From assembly GCA_963809325.1 (NCBI GenBank), contig CAWEIZ010000002.1, positions 807,130-871,129 of the forward strand: 64,000 nucleotides of DNA. The letters run 5' to 3'. Made by a program: the position numbers and the translations under genes. Origin of the DNA: an uncultured Actinomycetes bacterium. GTDB lineage: Bacteria > Actinomycetota > Thermoleophilia > Gaiellales > JAICJC01. How positions within the stretch are numbered: the stretch's first letter is position 1; every line of letters begins with the position of its first letter. Of this stretch, positions 36,211 through 46,430 are shown in pieces. The notes under the pieces were generated by a model. The model did not search any database, was not told the DNA's origin, and saw only the letters and a list, made by a program, of their open reading frames with translations.

Positions 36211-36984
36211 ATGCTGCTCGCGCTCGACGCCGGTAACACCCAGACCGTCGCGGGTCTCTACGACGGCCAGAACGTGGTCGAGCACTGGCGCACGACCACC
36301 GTCCGCACGCACACGGCCGACGAGCTGGCGCTCGAGCTGCGCGGCCTGCTCGAGCTGCGCGGCCGGGCGCTCGGCGACGTCACCGGGCTCTGCCTGGCCT
36401 GCGGCGTGCCGGCGCTCACGTCCGAGTACGAGGCCGTGGCGCGGGAGCGGCTCGGATGCAGGGCGCTCGTCGTCGGCCCGGGCGTGGAGACGGGTGTCGG
36501 CATGCGCGTCGACAGCCCCGACGAGGTCGGCCCCGACCGGATCGCCAACACCGCCGCGGCGTTCGAGCGCTACGGAGGGCCGTGCGTGGTCGTCGACTTC
36601 GGCACCGCGATCAACTTCGACGCGGTCTCCGCGGCCGGCGAGTTCGTCGGCGGCGCCATCGCGCCCGGCGTGCAGGTCGCGACCGACGCCCTGCGAGACC
36701 GGGCCGCAAGGCTCGCGAAGGTCGAGCTCCGCGCGCCGGAGCGGGCGATCGGCCTGAACACCGACACGAACATGCAGTCGGGGGCGATCTTCGGGTTCGC
36801 CGGGCTCGTCGACGGCCTCGTGCGGCGGTTCAGGGCGGAGTTGGGCGGCGAGGCGGTCGCGGTCGCCACCGGCGGCATGGCGGCCCTCGTCGCGCCCCAC
36901 TGCCAGACCGTCGACCACGTGGAGCCGCTGCTCACGCTCGAGGGGCTGCGGCTCATCTGGGAGCGAAACCCGCCCGCCTCCTGA
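36211..36984 (+). CDS. coaX: Type III pantothenate kinase
   Basis: LALDAGNTQT, EVGPDRIAN, VVDFGTAINFD, GGAIAPG, VATGG, LTLEGL. Confidence 0.95.
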   Translation: MLLALDAGNTQTVAGLYDGQNVVEHWRTTTVRTHTADELALELRGLLELRGRALGDVTGLCLACGVPALTSEYEAVARERLGCRALVVGPGVETGVGMRVDSPDEVGPDRIANTAAAFERYGGPCVVVDFGTAINFDAVSAAGEFVGGAIAPGVQVATDALRDRAARLAKVELRAPERAIGLNTDTNMQSGAIFGFAGLVDGLVRRFRAELGGEAVAVATGGMAALVAPHCQTVDHVEPLLTLEGLRLIWERNPPAS

Positions 36985-37043
36985 CCCGTTCAGGTGATGC
37001 GGCACCCCCCGGGTTGCTGACACCCTTGGGGTGATGGCGCACG

Positions 37044-37631
37044 GTGACCGGGACGCTTGTGAGCGAGGGCGGGCCGCGGCCGTCGATCGCATTCGTCCAC
37101 GACGACCCGACGCTGTGCAGCGCGGCGGAGTGGTGGAGCGGGCTCGCGCGGTCGGCGGCGGCGCTCGTCGTCGTGTTCGCGCTCGCCGGCGCCGCGGCAT
37201 CCCTCGCGGCGGGCGTCCCCGTCGCGAGCCTCGCGCTGTGGGTGCTCGCGGGAGGCGCCGGCGGCGCGTGTGCGCGCCTCGCCGCGACCGTCCGGCGCGA
37301 ACGCCGGATCGCCGTCTCGGAGACAGGGCACGGGCCCACCGGGCCGGCACCGCAGCCAACGCTTCTCCGTCTCGCCGGAGCGCTGCTCGCACGGGCCTGG
37401 GTCGCGTGGCCGGTGATCGTGATCGCCGGAGGCGAGCGCACGCCGGGCCACGCGCTCGCCGCCGCGGCGTGGGCGCCGGCGGTGACCGCGGCGTGGACGG
37501 CCTGCGGGGCGGCGGCGGCCGCCTGGCGGATCCGGCGGCTGGAGCGCCGCCGCGGGGTCGAGGTGCTGTTCGCGGCGGGCATGCGGCAACGCGCGCTCGC
37601 TCCGCCGGTGATCCGCGCGGCGCCGAGATGA
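37044..37631 (+). CDS. Hypothetical membrane protein
   Basis: Four hydrophobic segments; ATGA-coupled to the next ORF. Confidence 0.55.
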   Translation: MTGTLVSEGGPRPSIAFVHDDPTLCSAAEWWSGLARSAAALVVVFALAGAAASLAAGVPVASLALWVLAGGAGGACARLAATVRRERRIAVSETGHGPTGPAPQPTLLRLAGALLARAWVAWPVIVIAGGERTPGHALAAAAWAPAVTAAWTACGAAAAAWRIRRLERRRGVEVLFAAGMRQRALAPPVIRAAPR

Positions 37632-38785
37632 CCCACGTCGCCACGACGGCGGACCTCGCGGCCCGCTGGCGGCTCGCTCTTCCAGCGGTCGCCGTCGCCC
37701 TCGGCCTGAGCGTCGGGAGCCTGCGCCTGTGGCCCTTCCTGGGCGCGCTTCTCGTGTTCGACCTCTGGGTCGGGTTCGTCGCCGGGCGGCGCCAGGTGCG
37801 CACGTGGCGGCGCACGATCGACGCCGCCCGCCCTCCGTCGCAGGTCGAGGTCGAGACGGCGCCTGCACGAAGGCTTCCGCGCTTCTCGGTCGTCACATCT
37901 GCCGTGCTCGTCGGCCTGGCGGCCACCGGGGAGGGCGGCGGCACCGCGATCGCCGTCTGGGGATCGGGCGTCGCCGCGTTCGGCGGATGGTCGTTCGGCC
38001 GCGGCACCGGCGTGGCCGCGCTCGAGAGCGCCCGTGGCTGGAGCCTGCACTGGCCGGAGGGATCGTGTCACCGCCCCGGCATCCCGCGCCTCGTGGCCGT
38101 GCCCGCGCCTGAGACGCGCCCGCGCCGGCGGCGGTTCCGATGGGCGCTCGTGCTCGCGGGCGCCCTCTCTGCGGCTGCGGCCGTGCTCGGGATCGAGACG
38201 CTCGCCGCTGTCCGCGCCTACGCCACCCAGCCGCTTCCGGCGATCGCCGCTCCCTCGGACCAGAGCCGGATCGAGCCCACGCTCGGACGGGTTGCGTCGG
38301 CGCTTGCCGGACGACCGGTCGAGGTGCGGTGCTGGTCAGCGGCCGACTGGCCCAAGGTGACGGTGCTCGACCCCGTCGAGACCGGCGGGTTCGCCGACCT
38401 CGCAACCGGGACGGTGAACCTGCCTCCGAACGTCTGCGCCCCGCTCGACACGCTGGCGTACGGCTCGTCGCACCGGTTCGTCGATGCGACGTGGCAGGAC
38501 GTGGCCGCCGCCCACGTTCTGGCCCACGAGGCCGCACACCTCGGAGACGCCGGGCCGAGCGAGGCGCGGGCCGAGTGCGACGCGGTCCAGACCACGACGC
38601 GCGCCGCCGAGCTGCTCGGGGTGGATGCTCCCTACGCCAGGTGGATGGCGTCGCTCGACTGGACGCACCTCTACCCCGACCTGCCTGCGTCGTACCGCTC
38701 GCCGGACTGCACGCCGGGCGGCGGGCTCGACCTGCGCCTCGCCGACGGTTGGCCGGCGGCCGCCGTCAGGCCAGCCGCGCCGTGA
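37628..38785 (+). CDS. Membrane protein with a C-terminal HExxH (zincin-like) domain
   Basis: N-terminal TMs; C-terminal VRCWSAADW, AHVLAHEAAHL, AECDAVQ and four Cys. Confidence 0.65.
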   Translation: MTHVATTADLAARWRLALPAVAVALGLSVGSLRLWPFLGALLVFDLWVGFVAGRRQVRTWRRTIDAARPPSQVEVETAPARRLPRFSVVTSAVLVGLAATGEGGGTAIAVWGSGVAAFGGWSFGRGTGVAALESARGWSLHWPEGSCHRPGIPRLVAVPAPETRPRRRRFRWALVLAGALSAAAAVLGIETLAAVRAYATQPLPAIAAPSDQSRIEPTLGRVASALAGRPVEVRCWSAADWPKVTVLDPVETGGFADLATGTVNLPPNVCAPLDTLAYGSSHRFVDATWQDVAAAHVLAHEAAHLGDAGPSEARAECDAVQTTTRAAELLGVDAPYARWMASLDWTHLYPDLPASYRSPDCTPGGGLDLRLADGWPAAAVRPAAP

Positions 38786-39455
38786 TCGCGCCGTCGGCCG
38801 CGACGGCCACCGCGGTCGGAACGATGCCGATGCCGTACTTGCGCGCGAGATCGGGCCGGCGGCGGACATCGACGGTGACGAGCGTGCGCCCCTCGGCCCG
38901 GAGCCGCCGCTCCACGGCCAGGCAGTCGGAGCACAGCGGGTGGGTGAAGTGGACGACCAGCTCGCCGCCGCCACCGCCGACGTCGGCCCGGTCGATCCGG
39001 CGCAGCTCGCCGTGGCCGACGCCGCGCACGCGCGCGCCGAGCCGGTAGATCTCACAGCCGGTGCAGAACCCGGTGGCCGCGGCCAGGAGCGCGAGCGCCG
39101 CGACGAGCAGCCCCAGGGCCCAGCCGATCGTGGAGAGCCCCGCGGCGAGCGCGACGGTCGCCAGGGTGAGGACGACCGCGCCCATGATGTTCGCGAAGCG
39201 GGGCGAGCGCGAGTCCTCGAGCGGGCCCTCGCCGATCCGGGGCTGGACGAGCTCGAAGTAGGCGACGCAGGCGATGCACCAGCGCCGGCCGAGCGTGATG
39301 CCGACGGCGAGCTGGAGCGCGAGGAGGCCGAGGATCGGCCACCAGCCGGTCAGGAACGCCACGAGCGCGAGCACGCCGATCACGAGCTGGTTGGCCCGTG
39401 GCGCGCGCCGGTCGATGACGTCCAGGTCACGGTAGGGGTCGGCGAGCCTCGTCAT
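38766..39455 (-). CDS. DUF4395 membrane domain fused to a thioredoxin-like domain
   Basis: IDRRAPRANQ, EDSRSPRFA and GFCTGCEIY fit DUF4395; HFTHPLCSDC and ARKYGIGIVPT fit Trx. Confidence 0.72.
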   Translation of the reverse strand: MTRLADPYRDLDVIDRRAPRANQLVIGVLALVAFLTGWWPILGLLALQLAVGITLGRRWCIACVAYFELVQPRIGEGPLEDSRSPRFANIMGAVVLTLATVALAAGLSTIGWALGLLVAALALLAAATGFCTGCEIYRLGARVRGVGHGELRRIDRADVGGGGGELVVHFTHPLCSDCLAVERRLRAEGRTLVTVDVRRRPDLARKYGIGIVPTAVAVAADGAITARLA

Positions 39456-39491
39456 TGTTTGGATCCAAACTGTAGCGGTAGCGTGTGCAGC

Positions 39492-40157
39492 GTGCGCGGA
39501 CGAGTTCGCATTCGAGACCCCCCGCGGGCCCACCGCCGGCGTGATCGACCGGCCCGACGGGGCGGCCGCCGTCGTCGTCCTCGGCCACGGTGCGGGCTCC
39601 GGCATGGAGTCGCCGTTCATGGCCGGGATCGCGGGCGCGCTCGCCGAGCTGGGCCTCGCCGTCGCCCGGTTCGACTTCCCGTATATGCACGCCGGGCGCA
39701 AGGCGCCCGACCCGGCGCCCGCCCTGATCGAGACGTGGCGGCTCGCGCGGGCCGCGGTGGCCGAGCGCGTTCCCCTCCCGCTCGTCGCCGGTGGCAAGTC
39801 GCTCGGCGGGAGGATCGCCTCGATGGCCGTGGCCGAGGGGATGCCCGCCGAGGCGCTCGTCTTCCTCGGCTACCCGCTGCACCCGCCCGGGCGCCCCGAC
39901 AAGTTGCGCCGGGAGCACCTCGAGCAGGTCGCCGTCCCGATGCTCTTCCTTCAGGGATCGCGTGACCCGTTCGCACAGCCCGACCTCCTGGCCGAGACCG
40001 TCGGGCGGCTCGGCCCGCGCGCCCGGCTCGTCGAGGTCGACGGCGGCGACCACTCGTTCCGCGTTCCGGGGGACCGCGGGACGGTGCGGCGATCGGTGCC
40101 GGGCTCGCTCCCGCGGTCGCCGGGTTCGTGGCCGAGATGGTCGGCACGGCGTCGTGA
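39492..40157 (+). CDS. Alpha/beta hydrolase (KANL3/Tex30-like), with apparent indels at about 39495 and 40068-40072
   Basis: LGHGAGSGM, GGKSLGGR, LGYPLHPPG, LQGSRDPF, GGDHS; the C-terminus continues in a shifted frame to TGA 40157. Confidence 0.75.
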
Positions 40158-40949
40158 CGAGCGGCCCGGACTTCCACCGCGGCCTGGCCGCGCTGCTCTT
40201 CCAGGTCGTGAACCGCGACGACGCGCCCGAGGTCGGCTACTACCGCGACATCATCGAGCGAAGCGGCCAGCCCGCCCTCGACGCCGGCTGCGGGCCGGGC
40301 CGGCTGCTGTGCCAGTACCTGCGGGCCGGGCTCGACGTCGACGGCTGCGACATCTCGCCGGACATGCTCGAGCTCTGCCGAGCGCGGGCGGAGGCGGACG
40401 GCGTCACGCCGTCGCTCCACCTCCAGGGCACCGCCGAGCTCGACCTGCCGCGCCGCTACCGGACGATCGTCTCGTGCGGGACGTTCGGCCTGAACGGCAC
40501 ACGCGCCGACGATCTCGAGTCGCTCAGGCGCTTCCACCGCCATCTCGAGCCGGGCGGCACGCTGGCCGTCGACATCGAGGCGGGCTGGGCGATGACGGAG
40601 GTGTGGAAGCGATGCGCCGACCCCGACCGGTCGCGACCCGGCGAGTGGACGACCCGCGACACGACCCCCCTTCCGGGCGGTGGCGAGATCGCCATCCGGC
40701 GGCGGCTCGTTGCGGCCGATCCGCTGGGGCAGGCGTTCACGCTCGACCTGCGCTACGACCTCGTGCGCGACGGATCGGTCGTCCGCAGCGAGGATCACCG
40801 CCTCGTCGAGCGCTGGTACGGGGTCCACGAGATGGTCGGAATGCTCCAGGCGGCCGGATTCGACGACGTCCACGTCGAGGGCGACTACATCCCGGTCGAG
40901 GTCAGGGCCGACCACCGCATGCACGTCTCTCATCGCGCGGCGGCCGTAG
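40154..40949 (+). CDS. Class I SAM-dependent methyltransferase (indel near 40927)
   Basis: ALDAGCGPGR, DGCDISPDML; the C-terminus IARRP* is in a shifted frame. Confidence 0.78.
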
Positions 40950-40993
40950 CGGCGCCGGGGCAGGACTCCCACGACGACCGAGAATCCGGCACG

Positions 40994-42927
40994 GTGGCCC
41001 GGCGTTCGCTCGTTCTCGCGGTGGTCGGGGCAACCCTCGCGGCGTTCGCGCCCGCGGTCGCGCTCGGCGACGTCTCTTCGGAGGCGACGCTCGCCGACCG
41101 CTACGCGCCGGTGGTGCGGCTCGTCGCTCAGGAGGAGCCGTGCGGCGCCGGCGAGCCGTACGTCGCCGATCGACGTCGACGCGGTGCTCGGGAACGATCA
41201 GGTCACGCTGCGCGGCCCGTGGCAGGGGAGCAACCTCGTGAAGGTCGCGCCGACCGCCGCGGACCTCGCGGCGGGCCTTCCGAACTACCACCTCGACTTT
41301 CCCGGCGACGCGCTCCAGCCCGGCTGCACCTACGAGGACTGGCAGCGGGGGTTCGGGCGTCGGCGACGCCGACGACGTACGCCCGGATCCGGTCCGAGGC
41401 GGGCGGACCGCGCTTCAGTACTGGTTCTTCTACATCTACAACGACTTCAACAACAAGCACGAGGGCGACTGGGAGATGATCCAGCTCGACTTCGACGCGC
41501 CCGACGCGACGGCCGCGCTGGCCGATGTCGCCGGCGGACGTCGGCTACAGCCAGCACGACGGCGCGGAGCGGCGGACATGGGATGCGTCGAAGCTCGAGA
41601 AGGTCGGCGGCACGCACCCCGTCGTCTATCCGGCCGAGGGGTCGCACGCCGACTACTACGGGCCGGCGCTCTATCTCGGGGAGCAGCGCCGACCGAGGGC
41701 GTCGGCTGCGACAACACCCGCGGCCCGTCGCGGGAGCTGCGACCGGCCGTGAAGCTCGTGCCGGAGCGATCGGGCCGCCATGGTGGCGGAGTACCCCTGG
41801 CTGGGGTTCACGGGCAACTGGGGCGAGAAGCACGCCGCGTTCTACAACGGGCCGACGGGGCCGAACGTCCATTCGCAGTGGGACCACCCGATCACGTGGG
41901 CGGCCACCCGGTGGCATCCGGCTGCGTTCGCCGTACCGGAAGGCCTCACGGGCGTGCCGCGCACGCACGGACCTCTTCTGCGCCGGGCGTGGCCGCGGGC
42001 TTCAATCTCCTGACGTTCGCGGTGCGCGGCGGGCCGCCGGTGTTTCTGGCGGCGCTCGGGGCGCTGCGCTCGTGGTGAGGGCGGTGGTGCGGATGCGGTG
42101 GCGCCCTTCGCAGCCGTTCGCGCTGGCCCGCCGCCGGGCGCTCGGCCAGATCCTGTTCGCGTCGCGTCGGGTCTACCGCGAAAACCCGCGCCTCTACCTG
42201 ACGATCGGCGTGCTCTTCGTCCCGGTCTCGCTCGTCATCGCCGGCATCCAGAAGCTCCTGTTCGACGCGACCCGGCTCGAGGCGCTCCCTGGCGTCGCCG
42301 GGGAGACGAACGCCGCCGTGGTCGGGGTCGCGCTGGCCATCGGCCTCATCATTGATGCCGCTCGCGCTCACGATCGTGCAGGCGATGGTGGCGTCGTCGC
42401 TGGCGGCTGCCGAGAGCGAGCGCGAGCTCCTGCCGTGGCACCGCCTACGCGACGATCAAGCGCAGCGCATCGGCCCGATCATCTCCGGCCTGGTGGTCGT
42501 CGCCGTCGTCGTCGTGGCGCTCCAGCTCACGGTCGTCGGCATTCCCGTCGGCGTGTGGCTGCTCGTCCTGCTGGTCGCTCTTCACCGCAGCTGCATCGTC
42601 CTCGAGAACCTGTCCTGGCGTGCCGCGCTACGCCGCAGCCACGAGTCTGCGCGAGGTCACTGGCTCCGACGTCGCCTGGGTCACGCTCGCGGTTGTGGGG
42701 TTCGCGCTCCTGCTCGGCCCGCTCATCGGCATCGTGCTCCTGCTCGCGACGCCGATCAGCCTCGCAGCCGTGAACCTCGTCTCCGGCGTGGTCTACGTCC
42801 TCACGATCCCGTACGCGGCGCTCGCGACGACATACGTCTACTACGACCTCCGCGTCAGGGAGCGCGCCGAGCGCGAGCCGCTCGCGCTCCGGCCGAGGCC
42901 GTCCTCGACTCAGCCTGCCGCTCTTAG
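40994..42927 (+). pseudogene. Multiply frameshifted secreted/membrane protein: Vps62/NPP1-like HEGDWE domain plus C-terminal multi-TM domain (pseudogene or low-quality assembly)
   Basis: Fragments in alternating frames: signal peptide, YAPVVRL, QYWFFYIYNDFNNKHEGDWEMIQLDF, YSQHDG, HPVVYPAEGSHADY, YPWLGFTGNWG, GPTGP, then TM helices ending YYDLRVR. Confidence 0.6.
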
Positions 42928-43024
42928 CCCGGATCGCCGGGCCGATCTGCGGACCGGCCGTCCCGCCCGCGAGGCGCGAGGTCAGGACGACCAGGCGCCT
43001 CGCCGGCGGGCCGCTCGCCGGGCA

Positions 43025-43406
43025 TCAGCCCGCGAGCGCCTTGGCCTTCAGGCGGTCGAACTCGCTCTGGTCGATGGCGCCGCTGTCGAGCAGCCGCTTG
43101 GCCGACTCGATCTCGGCCGCCGAGCCTCCCGAGACGGACCGGGACGTAGTCGTCGAACTGGGCCTTCGACTCCTGCGCAGCCCACGTCCCTGGCTCCATC
43201 CCCTGTCCGTTCACGATCAGGTAGGCGAGCAGTCCGAACAGCGGGATGATCAGCAGGAACAGGAGCCAGATCGCCTTGGTGAAGCCGGAGGTGTCCTTGC
43301 GGCGGAAGATGTCGACGATCACGTGGAACAGCATCATGAAGTAGGTCACCATGAAGAAGATGATCAGGAGCGACCACAGGAAATCCGACAGGCTGAGTAC
43401 CGGCAC
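43025..43406 (-). CDS. PLDc_N / SHOCT-domain membrane protein (indel at about 43141)
   Basis: DIFRRKDTSGFTKAIWLLFLLIIPLFGLLAYL; shifted frame gives AEIESAKRLLDSGAIDQSEFDRLKAKAL (SHOCT). Confidence 0.78.
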
Positions 43407-43501
43407 GCCCTTCCTCCTCGAGTGTCGTGAGTCGCGCTCGTCGCAGCGCGGTAGGCGCCGATGCTACCGAATCGGCGGGACGGCGGCCGGATAGGCCACG
43501 T

Positions 43502-44565
43502 CTACCCGCCGCCGTAGATCGAGATGGGGAGGTCGAGCAGCCGGTCCGACTCCGTGTCGGGGAGGAGGGCGAGCTCGGCCTCGTGCCCGGCCAGGCGGTC
43601 GCGCGCGGCGGGGCAGAACCCGAGGAGCGTCGCCTCGGCCTCAGCGACGGTCGGGGCCGACGTCAGCTCGGGCTTCACGGACTTCGCGTCGGGCATGCCG
43701 CGCAGGTACCAGCCGTAGAACTTGCGCAGGAAGCTCGCCGCCCGGTCGCCCATCTCGCGCTCGACCTCGCGCATGAAGCGGATCAGCTCGGCCACGACCT
43801 CGCCGGGCTCGGGTGCCTCGGCGTCGCGCTCGGCCATCTCCCGGAGCGTCCACGGCTGGCCCTGCGCGCCGCGCCCCACCATCACCGCCGCGGCGCCGGT
43901 CGAGTCGAGCACGCGCTCGGCGCTCCGGCGGTCGACGATGTCGCCCGACGCGACCACCGGGACGCTCACGCGCTCCACGAGCTCGGCCGTCAGCGTGTGG
44001 TCGGCGGTTCCGGTGTACATCTGCTTGGCCGAGCGAGGGTGGAGCGTGAGCGACGCCACCCCGACCGCCTCGAGCCTCGGCCCGAGCTCGAGCGCGTCGC
44101 GAGACCCGTTCTCGACCCCGCGGCGCATCTTGGCCGTCACCGGCACGCCGACCGCTCCGGCCACCGTCCCCGCGATCCCGCAGGCCAGGTCGTGGTCGGA
44201 GAGGGCGCTGGCCCCCGCCCCGGTCTTGGTCACCTTGCGCACGGGCAGCCGAAGTTGATGTCGACGATGTCGGCCCCGGCATCGACGACCATCCGGGCGG
44301 CCTCCGCCATCCGCTCGGGGTCCGACCCGAAGATCTGCACGGCGAGCGGGTGCTCGTCGCGCGCGATCCGCAGATAGCCGAGCGTCCGCTCGTTCGCGTG
44401 CGCCAGCCCGGCGGCCGAGACCATCTCCGAGCAGACGAGGCCGGCGCCGAATCGGCGTCCCTGGCGCCGGAACGCCTGCACCGACACGCCCGCCATCGGT
44501 GCGAGTACGATCCGCGACGGGATGACGACATCCCCGATCGCCCAGGGCTGTGTGAGATCGGTCAC
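43502..44565 (-). CDS. dusB: tRNA-dihydrouridine synthase DusB (1-nt deletion at about 44243-44245)
   Basis: LAPMAGVS, CSEMVS, VQIFGSDP, DINFGCP; shifted frame gives RKVTKTGAGASAL, TAKMR, LHPRS, ASGDI, MVGRGA. Confidence 0.88.
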
Positions 44566-44610
44566 CGCTGGGCATGGTAGAGCCTCACGCCTCGGGGCCG
44601 GGCGAACCGG

Positions 44611-44639
44611 TTGACCCCGCCTCGCAGGTTGCATATAAT
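44611..44639 (+). promoter_or_regulatory. Near-consensus sigma70/SigA promoter for greA
   Basis: TTGACC-N17-TATAAT. Confidence 0.8.
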
Positions 44640-44736
44640 CCCGCCTCCCTCGGTGCCAGCCGGAACGGAAACCGCTGCAAAACGGCGAAATCCGGCGACA
44701 CCGTTTTCGTGCAGATAGGGGGCAGAAGGGCAGGCC

Positions 44737-45214
44737 GTGGACAAGGACGTCATCCTCACTCCCGAGGGCTACGAGAAGCTGAAGCAGCAGATCGAGGAGC
44801 TCGAGACGACGCAAACGTCGCGAGGTCGCCGACCGCATCCGCGAGGCGCGCGAATTCGGCGACATCACCGAGAACTCCGAGTACGACGACGCCAAGAACG
44901 AGCAGGCGCTGCTCGAGCATCGCATCGCTCGGCTCAAGGAGCAGCTCCGCGCCGCCAGGGTCATCGATCCGAAGGACATCGGCACCGACGTGGTTTCGGT
45001 CGGCACGCGCGTCCGCGTGAAGGATGTCGACCACGGCGACGTCGACACCTACGAGATCGTCGGCTCGGCCGAGGCCGATCCGGCCAACTCCCGCCTCTCG
45101 AACGAGTCGCCGGTCGGACGCGCCCTGATCGGCCACAAGAAGGGCGAGACGGTCGAGGTGTCGGTGCCTGCCGGGGCGATCCGCCTCAAGATCATGGACA
45201 TCAAGGCCGCCTGA
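44737..45214 (+). CDS. greA: Transcription elongation factor GreA (1-nt insertion at about 44812)
   Basis: LTPEGYEKLKQQIEELE; shifted frame gives RREVADRIREAREFGDITENSEYDDAKNEQ and ISNESPVG-like LSNESPVGRALIG. Confidence 0.9.
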
Positions 45215-45220
45215 CGCCTG

Positions 45221-45419
45221 GACGATTGATTCGATGCTGCCGTGATGTCCTGGGCGGCGAGAACCGAGTCCGCGAGGACGCAGGGAGCGTCGATATTGGT
45301 TGAAATATCGGCGCGACCGAGGACGCCGCGAGACGACGGTTCGCAACCGCAGCCCACCACAAACGCGCCACCGACCACCGTTGGACGTCCAGGCGCGCGG
45401 GGGCGTGGAATCACTCGAC
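45221..45419 (-). mobile_element. TIR-bounded structured repeat, copy C (about 199 bp, inverted, degenerate or mosaic)
   Basis: The minus strand has GAGTGATTCCACGCCCCCGCGCGCCTGGAC...GCGAACCGTCG...CGATATTTCAACCAATATCGACGCTCCCTGCGTCCT...CTCGGTTCTCGCCGCCCAGGACATCACGG; no TA flanks. Confidence 0.7.
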
Positions 45420-45471
45420 CGGGGCGTTCGCGCCCGGCAAAAAGCGGGCCACCTGATCACCGGTTTGCGGT

Positions 45472-46428
45472 ATGCCGCGGATGACCGCCCGCGCGTACGC
45501 TGCTTCGGCGATGCGGGGGACGACGGACCAGTCCAGACAACCGGGCCGGCGGGCGCAGAACGCCCTCGGCGCTCTCGTTGCGCTGCTCGCGGCGATCGTC
45601 GCGGTCGGGGCCGCTGCGGTGTTCGACGCCGGCACGACCGCCGTGACGCTCGCGCTCCTCGCCGTGCTCGGCGGCGGAGCGCTGGTCACGAGCGCCTGGC
45701 TGCTGGCTCGTGTGCCGGCGCAGATGCGCGGCCTGGCGGGTGAGCGCCGGCGCGCGCTCGACGATCTCCTGCGGGCCGAGGAGGTCGAGCGCGAGCGCAT
45801 CGCGACGGAGCTTCACGACGACACGATCCAGGTCATCACCGCGGCGCTCGTGACGATCGACCGCGTGACGCCGGCGATCCGTGCGGGCGACGTGGGGCGG
45901 ATCGCGGAGGTGCTCCCGCCGACGCGGACGATGCTCGCGGACGCGGTCGAGCGGGTGCGGCGGCTGACGTTCGAGCTGCATCCGCCGTTGCTCGGGGCGC
46001 ACGGATTGCCCGTCGCCCTGACTGACCTCATCGATCGAGCAGCCCGCGAAGCGGGCCTCGAGACGGACGTGGTGGTCGAGGTCGGCCGCTACACGTTCGT
46101 CGTCGAGGACCTCGCGTACCGGATCGTGCGCGAGGCGATTCCAGGCGCGCGCGGCCACGAGGGCACGTCACGCCTCGAGGTCGACATCCGCGAGCATCGC
46201 GGAGCCGTGCACGGGCGGGTGTGGGACAACGGCGACAGCCAGGCGGGGCGGCGGCGCGACGACGGGCCGCGCGTCGTGCTTCACCTCAGCCTCGAGCGTC
46301 TGGCCGAGCGGGTGCGGCTGGCTGACGGCGATGTCCAGGTCCGGTCAGTCCCCGGCCGTGGGACGCTGGTCGCCTTCCGGCTGCCGCTCGCACCTGGCGG
46401 CGCGGTCGCGCTCGCGGCGGCGCGGTAG
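45472..46428 (+). CDS. Membrane sensor histidine kinase, HisKA_3 (NarX/UhpB-like), with an atypical ATPase domain
   Basis: Two TMs, ERERIATELHDD H-box, LTFELHPPLL, VWDNG, GTLVAFRLP. Confidence 0.8.
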   Translation: MPRMTARAYAASAMRGTTDQSRQPGRRAQNALGALVALLAAIVAVGAAAVFDAGTTAVTLALLAVLGGGALVTSAWLLARVPAQMRGLAGERRRALDDLLRAEEVERERIATELHDDTIQVITAALVTIDRVTPAIRAGDVGRIAEVLPPTRTMLADAVERVRRLTFELHPPLLGAHGLPVALTDLIDRAAREAGLETDVVVEVGRYTFVVEDLAYRIVREAIPGARGHEGTSRLEVDIREHRGAVHGRVWDNGDSQAGRRRDDGPRVVLHLSLERLAERVRLADGDVQVRSVPGRGTLVAFRLPLAPGGAVALAAAR

Positions 46429-46430
46429 CG

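Noticed and set aside
39791-41479. Apparent methyltransferase-exported protein fusion in the ORF track (562 aa)
   Set aside because: An indel near 40927 bypasses the methyltransferase stop (TAG 40949). A separate signal peptide begins at 40994, so these are two genes.
44800-44825. Programmed ribosomal frameshift in greA (or hpt, folK, dusB)
   Set aside because: No slippery heptamer or stimulatory structure, and several unrelated genes show similar isolated indels, which favours assembly error.
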